Source: a virus (Duplodnaviria; Caudoviricetes). From it: a DNA stretch of 64,000 nucleotides. Shown one piece after another: positions 10,248 to 21,145 of the stretch. A program made the translations under genes and the position numbers. The notes under the pieces were generated by a model that made no database searches, was not told the DNA's origin, and saw nothing but the letters and a program-made list of their open reading frames with translations. The stretch spans positions 64,001-128,000 of the IMG/VR virus record IMGVR_UViG_3300020576_004053; one strand, written 5' to 3'. How positions within the stretch are numbered: the stretch's first letter is position 1; every line of letters begins with the position of its first letter.

Positions 10248-11146
10248 ATAGTTTGTAATTTCAATGTTAAGGCATCTGAATATGATAGCGCCGATGCAGA
10301 TTGAACCAATTCTCGCATATGAGCAAATCCAATCTCTGACGGATCATGGCCATCTAATTTTACGTGAAATACTGGTATAGATTGTTTCAGCAGTTTCAAT
10401 GCAATATTAGCAGTCTTTCGTAAGGCATCGTCATCTAACGCGATGTAAACGGGTACTTGCTCTGCCAACAATCTATTATACAGTGCCGGTGACACAATAC
10501 TGCCAATGAGGGGAATAGCATTCCATCTCGTAGCAATTGCATCAAAAAACCCTTCAACGAGTATGACGGGATGGTTCCAGTTAATGAACAGTTCAAACCC
10601 AATGATATTTTTAGACGCTTCTGGATTTAGGTATTTAAGCCACGAACTATCCGTGTAATCTCGACCGGTAAAATAATTCAGCACACCCGCTGCATCGTAG
10701 CTAGGGAGAATGATCCGATTGGCAAATTGACCCGCTGCACAATATCCAATATTGTATCTCACCATGTCGCCTTCGGTGATTCCACGATTTAATGCATATC
10801 GTTTCGCACGTCGCCCCATCAGGGATGATGCGGACCATAATGGTTGCCATTCATCTGGTAATACCACTGGAGGAGCTATCTCAATGGTAGGAGATAGCTC
10901 AGCCGGTTTAATCAATGCACGAACCTCTTGATGCAGCGACTGTGGGACATTCAGTCGTCGTAACAAGGACATAATACTACGACCGGCTACCCCACATACC
11001 CAACAGTGCCATTGGCCGGTATGCACATTCACGGCCAATTTGGGTTTGTAATGGTGACAGAATTTACAGGTGTAGTAGTATTCTGAAGATCGGGTTCGTT
11101 TATGTGGTCCTAAAACGGAATCCAAAATGTAAACAAGATCGGTCAT
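10244..11146 (-). CDS. DNA primase (DnaG-type, Zn finger + Toprim)
   Basis: CxxC-H...WHCWVC zinc domain, RIILP, KYLN, VEGFFDAI, LDDDA. Confidence 0.9.
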   Translation of the reverse strand: MTDLVYILDSVLGPHKRTRSSEYYYTCKFCHHYKPKLAVNVHTGQWHCWVCGVAGRSIMSLLRRLNVPQSLHQEVRALIKPAELSPTIEIAPPVVLPDEWQPLWSASSLMGRRAKRYALNRGITEGDMVRYNIGYCAAGQFANRIILPSYDAAGVLNYFTGRDYTDSSWLKYLNPEASKNIIGFELFINWNHPVILVEGFFDAIATRWNAIPLIGSIVSPALYNRLLAEQVPVYIALDDDALRKTANIALKLLKQSIPVFHVKLDGHDPSEIGFAHMRELVQSASALSYSDALTLKLQTI

Positions 11147-11174
11147 ATAGGCACAATCTAATTAGTTGAAGCCT

Positions 11175-11672
11175 CTACCGCAATCCTCTCGCCAATCGAA
11201 CGCTGACATCCTGCTTCAGGTGCGGAGGTAACTTATCCAACCACGCCAACAACTCCACGAAATCGGATTCAATCAACGATCCCTTAATAGTGTTGGCAAA
11301 TTTTGAAATGACTTGTAAATTTTGTCGAGTCGATGGACCACCCTTTGAAATTGGATGGATGTGATCAAATACCATTGAATCCACCGTCAAGGTACGGCCC
11401 GTATATTTACATGCCGTGCCGTAGGCAGCATATGCCATTTCACGCAATTCTTCAACCGTAATGGTGCAGGGGACTCCCTGTTTTTTTGAGCGAGCTTCCA
11501 TTGTGGTTCGAATGGATGTGAGACGACGCATAATTCGTCCTGCTCGCATAGCTGCGGTGCGTTTGTGATATGGCATCATCTTTACTTCAAATTTCTTATG
11601 CCATACCGATGGTTCTCGACGTTTTACCGTCTTAGCACTTTTTTTAACGGCTCTTTTTCTACGCTTTCTCAT
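11175..11672 (-). CDS. HNH endonuclease-like protein
   Basis: CKYTG...DHIHPISKGG...NLQVIS..AN..K. Confidence 0.75.
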   Translation of the reverse strand: MRKRRKRAVKKSAKTVKRREPSVWHKKFEVKMMPYHKRTAAMRAGRIMRRLTSIRTTMEARSKKQGVPCTITVEELREMAYAAYGTACKYTGRTLTVDSMVFDHIHPISKGGPSTRQNLQVISKFANTIKGSLIESDFVELLAWLDKLPPHLKQDVSVRLARGLR

Positions 11673-11749
11673 ATAATTTCCATTGAACACAAAAACCGCC
11701 ACTAAAGACGGTTTTTGTTAGAATATCAATTGTTAATTGACAATTGGGA

Positions 11750-12049
11750 TTAACCCTGACCCTGACCGGGGTTGTAATATTTCTTAGATGGACCCCATTG
11801 ATTGAAGGTCGCACCCAATTCAACCGGAGAAAAGCCGTCCGGAATCATAATGGTACGCACCTCTTCATCATAATAATTCAACGATCTAGGTGTCCACTTC
11901 GTTGGGTCGCCAATTTTCTGCTGAGTCGTAAATCCTTCTTGAAACGTATTAGTGATATCCACATAATTTACCGCCAGATTTGGAATCTGCTTGGATAACA
12001 CCGGACGTGGCTTGTTGGAATTGTTAAACCGTTCTAACATATCAGACAT
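11750..12049 (-). CDS. Hypothetical protein
   Basis: 99 aa ORF with GGAG RBS, co-oriented with neighbours. Confidence 0.6.
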   Translation of the reverse strand: MSDMLERFNNSNKPRPVLSKQIPNLAVNYVDITNTFQEGFTTQQKIGDPTKWTPRSLNYYDEEVRTIMIPDGFSPVELGATFNQWGPSKKYYNPGQGQG

Positions 12050-12062
12050 AATACTTCTCCAA

Positions 12063-12896
12063 TTATATGTCCCATCGTACTATAATAGTTTGTTGGGTAT
12101 CTGTTGCCCGCTTCAATGAATTTGGAAATTTTGCAACTGCCACCATTTCACCGGCATCATTAAATAACCCAACGGATGTCATGTAAGGAGTCAACGTTCC
12201 ACTAACGAATTGATCCAAAATGACACGCGTCCCTGCTCTGCGAATAGACGGATTGATTGAATAGTTAAATTCATTTGGTTCCATCGTACACACAACCTGA
12301 TGTTCATAAATAGTATGGGTCGCATCAAACTCTACATCCACCTGTGATCCCGTTGTAAAAAATACTCCTCGGGCCGACACCACTGATGCCGTAAACGGGG
12401 CTGCACACTGACCCAAAACAATTATACCTAACCCATAAAATACATTACCAATCACACCAGTGGGTTCATCACTCGACACGATCCGACCATGTCCGTCATC
12501 GTATAAACTAGCCGTAGAGGATACACTCGTCAATCGCACAGAAGACGGACGAATCCCCTCCCCATACGCTAATTGCGATATATTCACCACATAAAATTGA
12601 GAACCGGTAGGCGAAAACCCCAATACCTGTGCTGACGCAGTTGTTGGGGTTATCGTTGTGTTATAGAACAAATGCTGGATTGATAAATACAGTGTGTGTT
12701 CATATAACCCATCTACATTTTGTGGTTCATTATCCGGCGTCCATATCCAATTTGACGAAACAGAGGAAGGATCTGTTGCTATATCAATACTTAGCTTTTC
12801 AGGATTACTTCCCCCTAAAAACGTATACGCGTAGTCTTGCGTCTTATGCGTAACAAATGGTCGAATTAAATAATTGTCACCAGTAAGTTGCTTCAT
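12063..12896 (-). CDS. Virion structural protein (paralog of 13760..14824)
   Basis: Shares the C-terminal pattern EFNYS.NPS...Y.T.(V/I)GLFND..E.VAVAK...P/S with 13760..14824. Confidence 0.6.
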   Translation of the reverse strand: MKQLTGDNYLIRPFVTHKTQDYAYTFLGGSNPEKLSIDIATDPSSVSSNWIWTPDNEPQNVDGLYEHTLYLSIQHLFYNTTITPTTASAQVLGFSPTGSQFYVVNISQLAYGEGIRPSSVRLTSVSSTASLYDDGHGRIVSSDEPTGVIGNVFYGLGIIVLGQCAAPFTASVVSARGVFFTTGSQVDVEFDATHTIYEHQVVCTMEPNEFNYSINPSIRRAGTRVILDQFVSGTLTPYMTSVGLFNDAGEMVAVAKFPNSLKRATDTQQTIIVRWDI

Positions 12897-13702
12897 GATA
12901 ACCGTGATAATAAAATGGAAGGATCTTTTTTCATTTCACTTTCCCACACTCTGATCACCTTATAACCATGGTCACTGGCAAATGTTGATTTTTTATCATC
13001 ATTATCTTTAGTAGACTCTACATTAGCATGATATTTCTTGACACCGGGGCCACCATGCCAATAATCTCCATCAGCTTCTAGTAACACATTGGTTCCTGTA
13101 ATATGAAAATCGTACGAATAACATGTGCCATCACGAGATAAAAAAAATTGATAAATGAATTCAATATTATTTGAATTTAGTACAGACGCTATAGATAATT
13201 CAAATTTATTTAATTTACGTTTGTCAAAAATTTTTTTAATTGCTTCTGGCGTATGAGTTTTACCTTGCATTGGATTTACATAATTAGGTAACTGTGCTCT
13301 AGCAAATGCTAAATTGGACATCTTACGTTTGGTTTCATTCGTATGTGGTACGCCGGGATGATTAAATTTTGCCTTCTTTGAATTTAATATTTGATCAGGT
13401 GTAAACTTATAACCCAATCCTCTTCCCGGTTTACCAGTCATAAATTCACGTCTCCACGCAGAATCACATTCACGGGAACAAAATGACCGTTCTTTTTTCT
13501 GACATTTGTATCTACGAGCAATTCCTACATTACAGTGATAACATCTTTCATATCCAAATTCTACAAAATCTTCAAAATACGTATCCACATAATCATAAAA
13601 TTTCATGGCATGTGTACGCAAATGATTAGTTAGGCTCTTTACTATAACGAATTTTTCACATATTCTACAAGTGATCGCAATTTGATTATTTTCAGTTTTC
13701 AT
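12893..13702 (-). CDS. Homing endonuclease (NUMOD3-like repeats + DUF559/Vsr-like nuclease)
   Basis: HTNETKRKMS and GKTHTPEAIKKI motifs; YDF...LEADGDYWHG...GYKVIRVWESE. Confidence 0.8.
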   Translation of the reverse strand: MKTENNQIAITCRICEKFVIVKSLTNHLRTHAMKFYDYVDTYFEDFVEFGYERCYHCNVGIARRYKCQKKERSFCSRECDSAWRREFMTGKPGRGLGYKFTPDQILNSKKAKFNHPGVPHTNETKRKMSNLAFARAQLPNYVNPMQGKTHTPEAIKKIFDKRKLNKFELSIASVLNSNNIEFIYQFFLSRDGTCYSYDFHITGTNVLLEADGDYWHGGPGVKKYHANVESTKDNDDKKSTFASDHGYKVIRVWESEMKKDPSILLSRLS

Positions 13703-13759
13703 AAAATTTGACATTGACGTTAGATATACATAGTCCAATCTAACGTCAAAAATCAGTTC

Positions 13760-14824
13760 TCAAAAATCAAGTCTTGCGGTCACATTGACTTCAGAAGAGA
13801 ACGATTTCGGTACAGGCTGGCTCAACTTGGCCACTGCCACACATTCGTTATTGTCATTGAACAGACCAATTGTCGTTACATACACACGAGGATCTTGAAT
13901 AAAATCATTGCTAATCAATGTACCATTTGACGAATCATAGAATGATGGATTGTTGGAATAGTTAAACTCTTTATTACGCAATCGCACAAAATAATGCGTA
14001 CTTGAGATGGTTTCTGCAGAACGTGCTTGGAAATCGCCGCCAAGTTTGATAGCATAGTATAAACCGGCGTGGTTATATTCAGTAGCCAGCGTTCCGGTAT
14101 TTGGCGCAAAGGGAGTCTTACCACCCACATTCGTTAAAATGGTTGCGTTCGCCATTCCAATAACACTCTTAATGGCGTTTGGATTGAGCACAATGATGCC
14201 AAGGCCGGGATAGACCAAGCCAAACCCACCAAATGCCGATGAAGTCGTTGCTGCCACTGTAAGGCCCGCAGAACCCGATAGTGAGCCAGATACAACGTTA
14301 TACACCGCCCCTGACCGACCATAGGTTTGGCCGAGGGTCTGACCGCTGTCGTCAACGAATGTGAATTTACCCGATGAACCGGATAACGTCAGCATCCAAT
14401 TACCGGGATCAAGCGTTTCACGTAATCGGGCACGGGCAACATTGATCACATAAATCTGATCCGAATTATACCCACCGTCAAACGTAAACTGCGAATCTTC
14501 CGGTTCTAGCAATAAATTACGATATTGCTGATAGGTAGCTAAGGTAGATAACGTAGCAGAATCGTCTACGGTCAAATTTTTGTTTCCACCCCCAGCAGAA
14601 TGGCCATACGCCACCGCAAACTGTACTTCTGCCGATGAATTGGAGTTTGCATCTAGGTTATAGACATTCCAATAATACTGCCCGCTGGTCGACGACGCCG
14701 CCTGAGAGCTTGCGGTATAAAACGCAGTCAAACTTCCGGTGTCACCAGTCCAGATTCCTGTGGTCACCTCTGTAGGATTTGCACTTACAATGTCGTCAGC
14801 GGCAAAACGTTTAAATGTACTCAT
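13760..14824 (-). CDS. Virion structural protein
   Basis: G/S/T-rich beta protein in the structural module; paralogous C-terminus with 12063..12896. Confidence 0.6.
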   Translation of the reverse strand: MSTFKRFAADDIVSANPTEVTTGIWTGDTGSLTAFYTASSQAASSTSGQYYWNVYNLDANSNSSAEVQFAVAYGHSAGGGNKNLTVDDSATLSTLATYQQYRNLLLEPEDSQFTFDGGYNSDQIYVINVARARLRETLDPGNWMLTLSGSSGKFTFVDDSGQTLGQTYGRSGAVYNVVSGSLSGSAGLTVAATTSSAFGGFGLVYPGLGIIVLNPNAIKSVIGMANATILTNVGGKTPFAPNTGTLATEYNHAGLYYAIKLGGDFQARSAETISSTHYFVRLRNKEFNYSNNPSFYDSSNGTLISNDFIQDPRVYVTTIGLFNDNNECVAVAKLSQPVPKSFSSEVNVTARLDF

Positions 14825-14840
14825 TGATTATAATCCTATG

Positions 14841-15476
14841 TTATACAGAGGGTTTTGGATTTACTGTTACAGGAATTGTAATAACAGCACCCGTCTGGTT
14901 TCCGATAATTGCAAGGGTAGTTGTTACAGTGGCCGGAACATCTTTTGGAGTTAGTGAAAATTCCATTCCTCTGGACACTACGGCATTTGCAGATTGTGCA
15001 TCGCCAATAAACGATGGGGTAGTCGCAGATGAATTTGCCGCTAAACCCGTACCCACCAGAACTGCCGCCGATGAATCGTACAATATAGCGGTATATCCTT
15101 GACCCGCCCCATTAAATCCAAGGGTGGTAGTTGGGCGAACGGGGAATGAATTGGTTTGTCCTGCCGTAAGAATGATCGACGGAAATCCGATTGAGATAAT
15201 AGGAATTTCCTTGGTACCACGTGGCAGTGTGACTAGCTTGTATCGCAAAACTTGAGTTTCATCTGGTGAGGCTTCTACTAATGGCATATTTTCAATAATA
15301 CTGCCGTAGAATGCACTGCCCAATGGATGATCGGTGCGCCACAACGTGTAATCAATTTCGTCGTCACCGACCGCAAACTGTGTAATGTTTAGACCGGCAC
15401 CTTTAGCCAATAGCTCTCGACCCTTTTTGGTCAAGATCGCATCGACTGTGATTGTACTGTTTGAAAGATATCCCAT
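14841..15476 (-). CDS. Virion structural protein
   Basis: N-terminal TVDAILTKKGRELLA...ITQFAVGDDEIDY motif typical of baseplate/tail-fibre-proximal proteins. Confidence 0.6.
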   Translation of the reverse strand: MGYLSNSTITVDAILTKKGRELLAKGAGLNITQFAVGDDEIDYTLWRTDHPLGSAFYGSIIENMPLVEASPDETQVLRYKLVTLPRGTKEIPIISIGFPSIILTAGQTNSFPVRPTTTLGFNGAGQGYTAILYDSSAAVLVGTGLAANSSATTPSFIGDAQSANAVVSRGMEFSLTPKDVPATVTTTLAIIGNQTGAVITIPVTVNPKPSV

Positions 15477-15530
15477 GTGTGTTTACCTATTGCATAGTGT
15501 CAGCATAACCATAAATAGCTTGCTTTGTTA

Positions 15531-16157
15531 TTATTGAACATGCTTCCATGATCGTCCATTTAATATAGCAGAAATCGTCGAAATACAGATCTTTACACCA
15601 GTTTTAGAAACCTCATCGGCTATACACTTTACCGCCACCCCTCTCAATCGCATATCTTTAATACGTTTAACCAAATCTACGGTCAATTTGGAATTTGATG
15701 CGGCGTCTCCACACTTAATTCTCTGTAGTTTTCTAGCACATTGTATTTTCAGTTTAGCGGATTCGGTGTGAGTTTTTCCATAAAAATGGTTATTACTCCC
15801 GGCATGGGTTTCAGACATACGTTTTTTGGTAGTGTCTGAAAATTTCAACCCAAATGTAGGAGATTTAACATTCACAGAAACATTATAACATTCAGAAGAT
15901 CCAACCCATGAAATTAAAATTTCATGTTCTATATTAAGCATATCTACTCGATTTACACATTCCTTTATAATAGTAAATACAAATGCCGATGGACCATATA
16001 AATTCCACGCAGACTGTAAATGTGGTGTATGATGTATATTTCTGTTCAATCTAGATTTATGCACAGCCCATCTACGATTTATATCGACCGACGATCCTAT
16101 ATAAAATTTATTATTATGCACATTTTCTATAACATATATTCCCATCAATTTTGCCAT
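15531..16157 (-). CDS. GIY-YIG homing endonuclease with NUMOD3 repeats
   Basis: GIYVI...FYIGSS...RW..H; FYGKTHTESAK. Confidence 0.9.
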   Translation of the reverse strand: MAKLMGIYVIENVHNNKFYIGSSVDINRRWAVHKSRLNRNIHHTPHLQSAWNLYGPSAFVFTIIKECVNRVDMLNIEHEILISWVGSSECYNVSVNVKSPTFGLKFSDTTKKRMSETHAGSNNHFYGKTHTESAKLKIQCARKLQRIKCGDAASNSKLTVDLVKRIKDMRLRGVAVKCIADEVSKTGVKICISTISAILNGRSWKHVQ

Positions 16158-16161
16158 ACTA

Positions 16162-19100
16162 TTATTCTACCGAGAGAATTGGACCTGAATTGTTGTTGAC
16201 CGGTTGAATTGGAGCACCGGGATCATTTACCACCAAAATATCACCCGCAGACGGTAATATCTCAACCACGGGATTGCCATCCGGAGTAGTATCATCAGTT
16301 TGTTTACAGCCTAGCCACTGGTGACGAATAATGCCAAGTCGATAATCGCGTGTAAATTTATAGTGCGTGGGAAGATACCCGACCACACCTGTATACGCAG
16401 ATCCCGTCGACACTATTGATACCGTGCCACCAATGGTTACTACCTTCTTAATTACCTGCCGCTCTTCTGTTACATATTGCATACTCTTCCAATTATCGGT
16501 GTCATATGCAGGAGAAATCAAACTGGTAAATACCGACGCGTTTGTAGTGCACACCCATTCGATAATGTTACCATTCGTATTAGCCGCCAGCACATAATCA
16601 TCGCGTGAATATGCCGATCCAGTTGCCCACGTCCCTCTATCAGTAAGACTAGATTCTTTACGTCGTACTTGTACATATGCCGTTTGCGCAATATGTCCTC
16701 TTGGATGCGTAAAATACGTATACGCCTCAATGTTATCAAAATTAGTTGAGGGGTAAATCATATTCGTCAATGCAGTACCGGTTGGTAATGCCTGTAGTGC
16801 TAATTCTTTCGCATGATCTAGAATATCACCAATGCTCACTGCATTTAAATTCTGGCTTGCTAGTAATGCGTTTTTATACTGAGTATATTGATTACCAGTA
16901 AGCTGACTCGTAGCCGTGACATTGAACCGTTCTAATAACGCTTGGCGGATTGCAATTTTATTGGTGAAATCATTGAATATTGCAATATTAGATGACGGTA
17001 ACACTACATCCTGTAGCTCCAACGCAGGAGATGCATATTGATTATACGTCATAACCGGTTGTAATACATCACTCGTATCTAACGTAGATCGGTAATTAGT
17101 ATACGACGCTATTGGTAATAATACATCAGAGGTATCAATGATAGTCGTCTTATCAGCATATGTTGCCACGGGCGCAATAATCTCAGATGTATCTAAGATG
17201 CCGGTCTGCTGATTAAATGACCCCAACGGCTCTACCATATCCCGAATTACGGCAGAATCTAAGTTCACACTCTGATTTATATACTTTCCATATCGTCCAG
17301 CGTACATCTTCATTGGACGTAATGGTGCCTTCGACCGTTCTAAAATATGCGGTTCATGTACAATGCCACCCAACAGTTTAGCCCGAACAGGTAACAATTT
17401 ACGTGCTTGTTTAAACAGTGGATCTAATAGATTCTTAACAAAGTCAATGAAGCTCGTAGTGTTATACGAGTATGCATACGATGTCCAGTAGATATCAGAC
17501 AGCGCAAACAAATCGGCATACTGGGACGTGAATTGATCAGCCGGATCACCAATGAGATTTTGTAAATCGATATTACCAATGGATCGAATGATATTATCAT
17601 TAATCGCATCGGTTAGTGAGAAATAAAACCCTACCGTATTGATTGCCTTCGGACGATTATCTTTATCTCGTAAGCTGACAATACTTTGCTTACGACTTAA
17701 CACCGGTACTTGCGCAGACGAACTTGCAAACGTCATGTACTTCAATACAGGCGGATCAGCAATCACCACCTTGTTAGTTGTAAACTGCGAACCACCGGCA
17801 TTAGGTGCAAATCGCTGCACTTCTCTAGTATTAACCGTCATATTATACGGGAATGCCGATACTGCTGCGAATCCAACTACCGGAATTGTTTGTACGATAG
17901 CTATTGGATTCGTTGTAATATAAGGAGTTTCATTTGGTAGTGACGATGTAACCGCTAAATTTGACGGAGTATTGAACGATAATCGCGTATACAAATAATC
18001 TCGCGCAGATGTCGACGTATTTCCATTATACATACCCGCATATCTAACGTGTAGATCGAATGTAGCAGAGGTAATCAATTCACCCCACGCTCGCACCTCA
18101 TCAATCTGACCGGACCAATCAGTGTATCCAAAAAATGATCCACTGCCACCAAGATATACAGTAGACGGGGTAGACCACTGAATAGCACCGGATGCCGCCA
18201 TCGTAACCGATTCATCGATCAAATCGTCTTGGTATGCCTTCTTAACGGCTAATGTGACACCAGTTGCATCATTACGAAGCATTGCCGTGTAAAAATCACC
18301 GCTGAACATCTCTAAGTATGAACTGGATACGACCGTAGCGTTTGACGAATTCTTAAGTTCTATACGCGCAAATGATCCGGTTAATGGAGTCATTACCACC
18401 GCCCATCTATTATTATGGGCGTTCAACAATACACTAGACGACGTTTGCGTTGTAGCAAATCGTACCTCTAATGTTTGCGGTGTCATAGAGCCAGTATACC
18501 ACGGTACCGCTACATATGATCCGGTATTGAATACTAATGAATTGGTCTGTTCTTCAAAAATTTCATATGAGCCGGTTAGATATGAAAAACCGGGAGTAGT
18601 GGCTTCACGAATCTGTAGCGTAGTCGGTAAAATGCCATATACATTACTCAATCCTCGTAACGCAGCTTTCGTACCCTTAGCCTTCATTAAGAAGATGTGA
18701 TTATGTAAAAATCGCTTCCAAGTTTCCGTTGCCGCTTCTCTATATACGGTAGGACTTACTACACCCACTTCACCAATCGTGTAGTCTACCAGATTCTTGA
18801 TTGCATACTGATTTGGAAGATCCACACCAAAAGAATCTGCCACATTCCATACCACATCTTGTGACATACCCTCTGTAGCACTATTGGATCGATCATACAT
18901 CAAACTCATCTGCTTAATGTATTGCTTAACTAAATCTACTTGATGTCCAACCATGTCCATGAATTTCAAGAACTCGGTTGAATTGCTGTCTTCACGCAAG
19001 TATTCAGGGAGATTATTCGCCAATCGATCCTGATTATATCGATCATATTCCCGTGCAATGGCCACCTGATCGGCAAACCATGATGCGGCAGATGCAACCG

Positions 19101-20616
19101 TTACATTTGTAGTACCAGTCTTCGGCCACGTCGCATCGGCATTATAGTACAACAAATCTTGATAATCGTTGGTGGTCAACGACGATGAATACGGGGTATC
19201 GGACGAATAATACAGGAATCGTTCATACCCATCAAATGATCGTAAGGTATCTAATCGCTGCGCTGCAATATTTTCTAGCGCAGTATATACGTTCGATCCC
19301 GTGATATGGGCAGATCCCGTTCCTGCTAATGATGCGGAATGTAATACGAGAATATCAGTTAGATTCTCAATAGTTGACATCTTTTGACGGAACGCATTCA
19401 ATCGCTCTTCTGCAGAACTGAAGAACACAAAGTTGCGATAATCTGAATAGTCAACATTCAACTCTGATGAATTTACATCAAAGGTAAACCATTCTTCCAA
19501 TACAGGATCAGACGGCATTATAATATCAAACAAACTAGATGAAAATAGGTTTTCACTAGTTACATTGGATATGCTATGGCCGGATCGACCTGTTACATCA
19601 ATGTTTTTATTTGGTGGACGCAAATACAATAACGTGGGTGCATCTGGAATAAATACAGTATGTACCCGATCAATAACAGTCGGTGTTATTTCTCTGGATA
19701 TCCACAATGTTTTCTTTTCAACTACATCTTCTGGTAGCGGACGATACAATTTTGCTAACACAGTAGCATTCGTTGCATCAGCCGGATCATATTTCCAATT
19801 GGTAATCACTGCCTGATAGTCATTACCAAAATTCAACATCGTTTTTAACGCACGATCTTCGTCATAGAACGATGCAACCTTTGACCCAATTTTATTTCGC
19901 AAATCTGCAATGATGCTATTCTTTGCTGGAATAGGAATGGGTACGCAAAATAACGACGTTGGAATTGATTCGGTGCGACCTTCTAGTAATGTTTTAGCAG
20001 GAAATACATTTACACGAACATTGATAGTCGCATCTTGATTTGCCGGTAATGCCCGCACACGAATATTGATCGTGATGTTAGAATTGGTGACCGGAGGAGT
20101 TGTAGGGGTTGGTGGAATCGGCGCAGTTGGATCAATTGGCGGATGTACCAACACAACCGGTTCATTTGTTCTATGACCGAATGGAATACATTTAAATCCA
20201 CGTCCGTCTACCCCATCACCAAATGGATACATCCCGTTCGGCGTATATACACCCCACTCGGTAGCCAAAAACACCCCAACAAATTCTGGACCGTCTGTGA
20301 TATCAAAATCACGAATACTTGGCTGTAATAACAACGTCATCGTATCCTTTGCAGCCGGATCGACTAGATAAATAAACCCGTTTCCGCCCAAGAATGGCAC
20401 ACCATTTTTTGGATCACCACTGCTACCAATATTACCATATGCAGAATCTAACGCCAACGATTGCATCAATGCCACCCGTTCTGGTGTCAATTGAATAAAA
20501 CGTGCCGCTAACGCAGGATCACTTTTCGCGAAATTAAACAACAGATCGCGAGTAGACTGCGGTAAATTTACGTAATCGGGATATCCGGAAACTTGAGAAG
20601 GAACTAGCGTGGCCAT
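16162..20616 (-). CDS. Large baseplate/virion protein with LamG-like domain
   Basis: 1484 aa; KAKGTKAALR baseplate-wedge-like segment and WSGQIDEVRAW LamG-like motif. Confidence 0.6.
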   Translation of the reverse strand: MATLVPSQVSGYPDYVNLPQSTRDLLFNFAKSDPALAARFIQLTPERVALMQSLALDSAYGNIGSSGDPKNGVPFLGGNGFIYLVDPAAKDTMTLLLQPSIRDFDITDGPEFVGVFLATEWGVYTPNGMYPFGDGVDGRGFKCIPFGHRTNEPVVLVHPPIDPTAPIPPTPTTPPVTNSNITINIRVRALPANQDATINVRVNVFPAKTLLEGRTESIPTSLFCVPIPIPAKNSIIADLRNKIGSKVASFYDEDRALKTMLNFGNDYQAVITNWKYDPADATNATVLAKLYRPLPEDVVEKKTLWISREITPTVIDRVHTVFIPDAPTLLYLRPPNKNIDVTGRSGHSISNVTSENLFSSSLFDIIMPSDPVLEEWFTFDVNSSELNVDYSDYRNFVFFSSAEERLNAFRQKMSTIENLTDILVLHSASLAGTGSAHITGSNVYTALENIAAQRLDTLRSFDGYERFLYYSSDTPYSSSLTTNDYQDLLYYNADATWPKTGTTNVTVASAASWFADQVAIAREYDRYNQDRLANNLPEYLREDSNSTEFLKFMDMVGHQVDLVKQYIKQMSLMYDRSNSATEGMSQDVVWNVADSFGVDLPNQYAIKNLVDYTIGEVGVVSPTVYREAATETWKRFLHNHIFLMKAKGTKAALRGLSNVYGILPTTLQIREATTPGFSYLTGSYEIFEEQTNSLVFNTGSYVAVPWYTGSMTPQTLEVRFATTQTSSSVLLNAHNNRWAVVMTPLTGSFARIELKNSSNATVVSSSYLEMFSGDFYTAMLRNDATGVTLAVKKAYQDDLIDESVTMAASGAIQWSTPSTVYLGGSGSFFGYTDWSGQIDEVRAWGELITSATFDLHVRYAGMYNGNTSTSARDYLYTRLSFNTPSNLAVTSSLPNETPYITTNPIAIVQTIPVVGFAAVSAFPYNMTVNTREVQRFAPNAGGSQFTTNKVVIADPPVLKYMTFASSSAQVPVLSRKQSIVSLRDKDNRPKAINTVGFYFSLTDAINDNIIRSIGNIDLQNLIGDPADQFTSQYADLFALSDIYWTSYAYSYNTTSFIDFVKNLLDPLFKQARKLLPVRAKLLGGIVHEPHILERSKAPLRPMKMYAGRYGKYINQSVNLDSAVIRDMVEPLGSFNQQTGILDTSEIIAPVATYADKTTIIDTSDVLLPIASYTNYRSTLDTSDVLQPVMTYNQYASPALELQDVVLPSSNIAIFNDFTNKIAIRQALLERFNVTATSQLTGNQYTQYKNALLASQNLNAVSIGDILDHAKELALQALPTGTALTNMIYPSTNFDNIEAYTYFTHPRGHIAQTAYVQVRRKESSLTDRGTWATGSAYSRDDYVLAANTNGNIIEWVCTTNASVFTSLISPAYDTDNWKSMQYVTEERQVIKKVVTIGGTVSIVSTGSAYTGVVGYLPTHYKFTRDYRLGIIRHQWLGCKQTDDTTPDGNPVVEILPSAGDILVVNDPGAPIQPVNNNSGPILSVE

Positions 20617-21143
20617 TCGGTTTCTTCAGAAATGTTTTTAACGCGAATTTTTATCACAATGTTATCAGGCACAAACGACCAGTGAGTATGAGATTCGGTA
20701 GGTGGGCGCTCTGTGGGTGGTACGGTAGGACGTTCATTTTGAGTAGATACATACACCGGACCATTCACCCCAAGCACCTTCCCAGTAAAGAATATCACAT
20801 CCTGCACTTGTAATTTTCGTGCAATGATGAGGTTCTTAATGCCACCATTGTTCACTGAACAGGTATACTGTACGGTTTGTTGTGGAGCAATGACAATTTT
20901 TGATGGCATGTTTGTCTGTAAATACGATGGAATACTCGGCACCAATTCAATACTATGTTGAATAGCATTATTCTTGATAGCGATGCCATAGGTAGCAGTA
21001 TATGGAGTGCCAATGACATACGTAATATCAAACCGTTGTGCGCTCGTAGTCATCGTATATACATCGGTAAATTTTGATGCGCGAAAGGATCGTTCTGGAT
21101 CTCGCCATGGAATCAATACGGCTCGTGACGGTTCAAGTGCCAT
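20604..21143 (-). CDS. Hypothetical virion protein (Ig-like)
   Basis: 179 aa, beta-rich, translationally coupled to the next gene. Confidence 0.5.
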   Translation of the reverse strand: MALEPSRAVLIPWRDPERSFRASKFTDVYTMTTSAQRFDITYVIGTPYTATYGIAIKNNAIQHSIELVPSIPSYLQTNMPSKIVIAPQQTVQYTCSVNNGGIKNLIIARKLQVQDVIFFTGKVLGVNGPVYVSTQNERPTVPPTERPPTESHTHWSFVPDNIVIKIRVKNISEETEWPR

Positions 21144-21145
21144 GA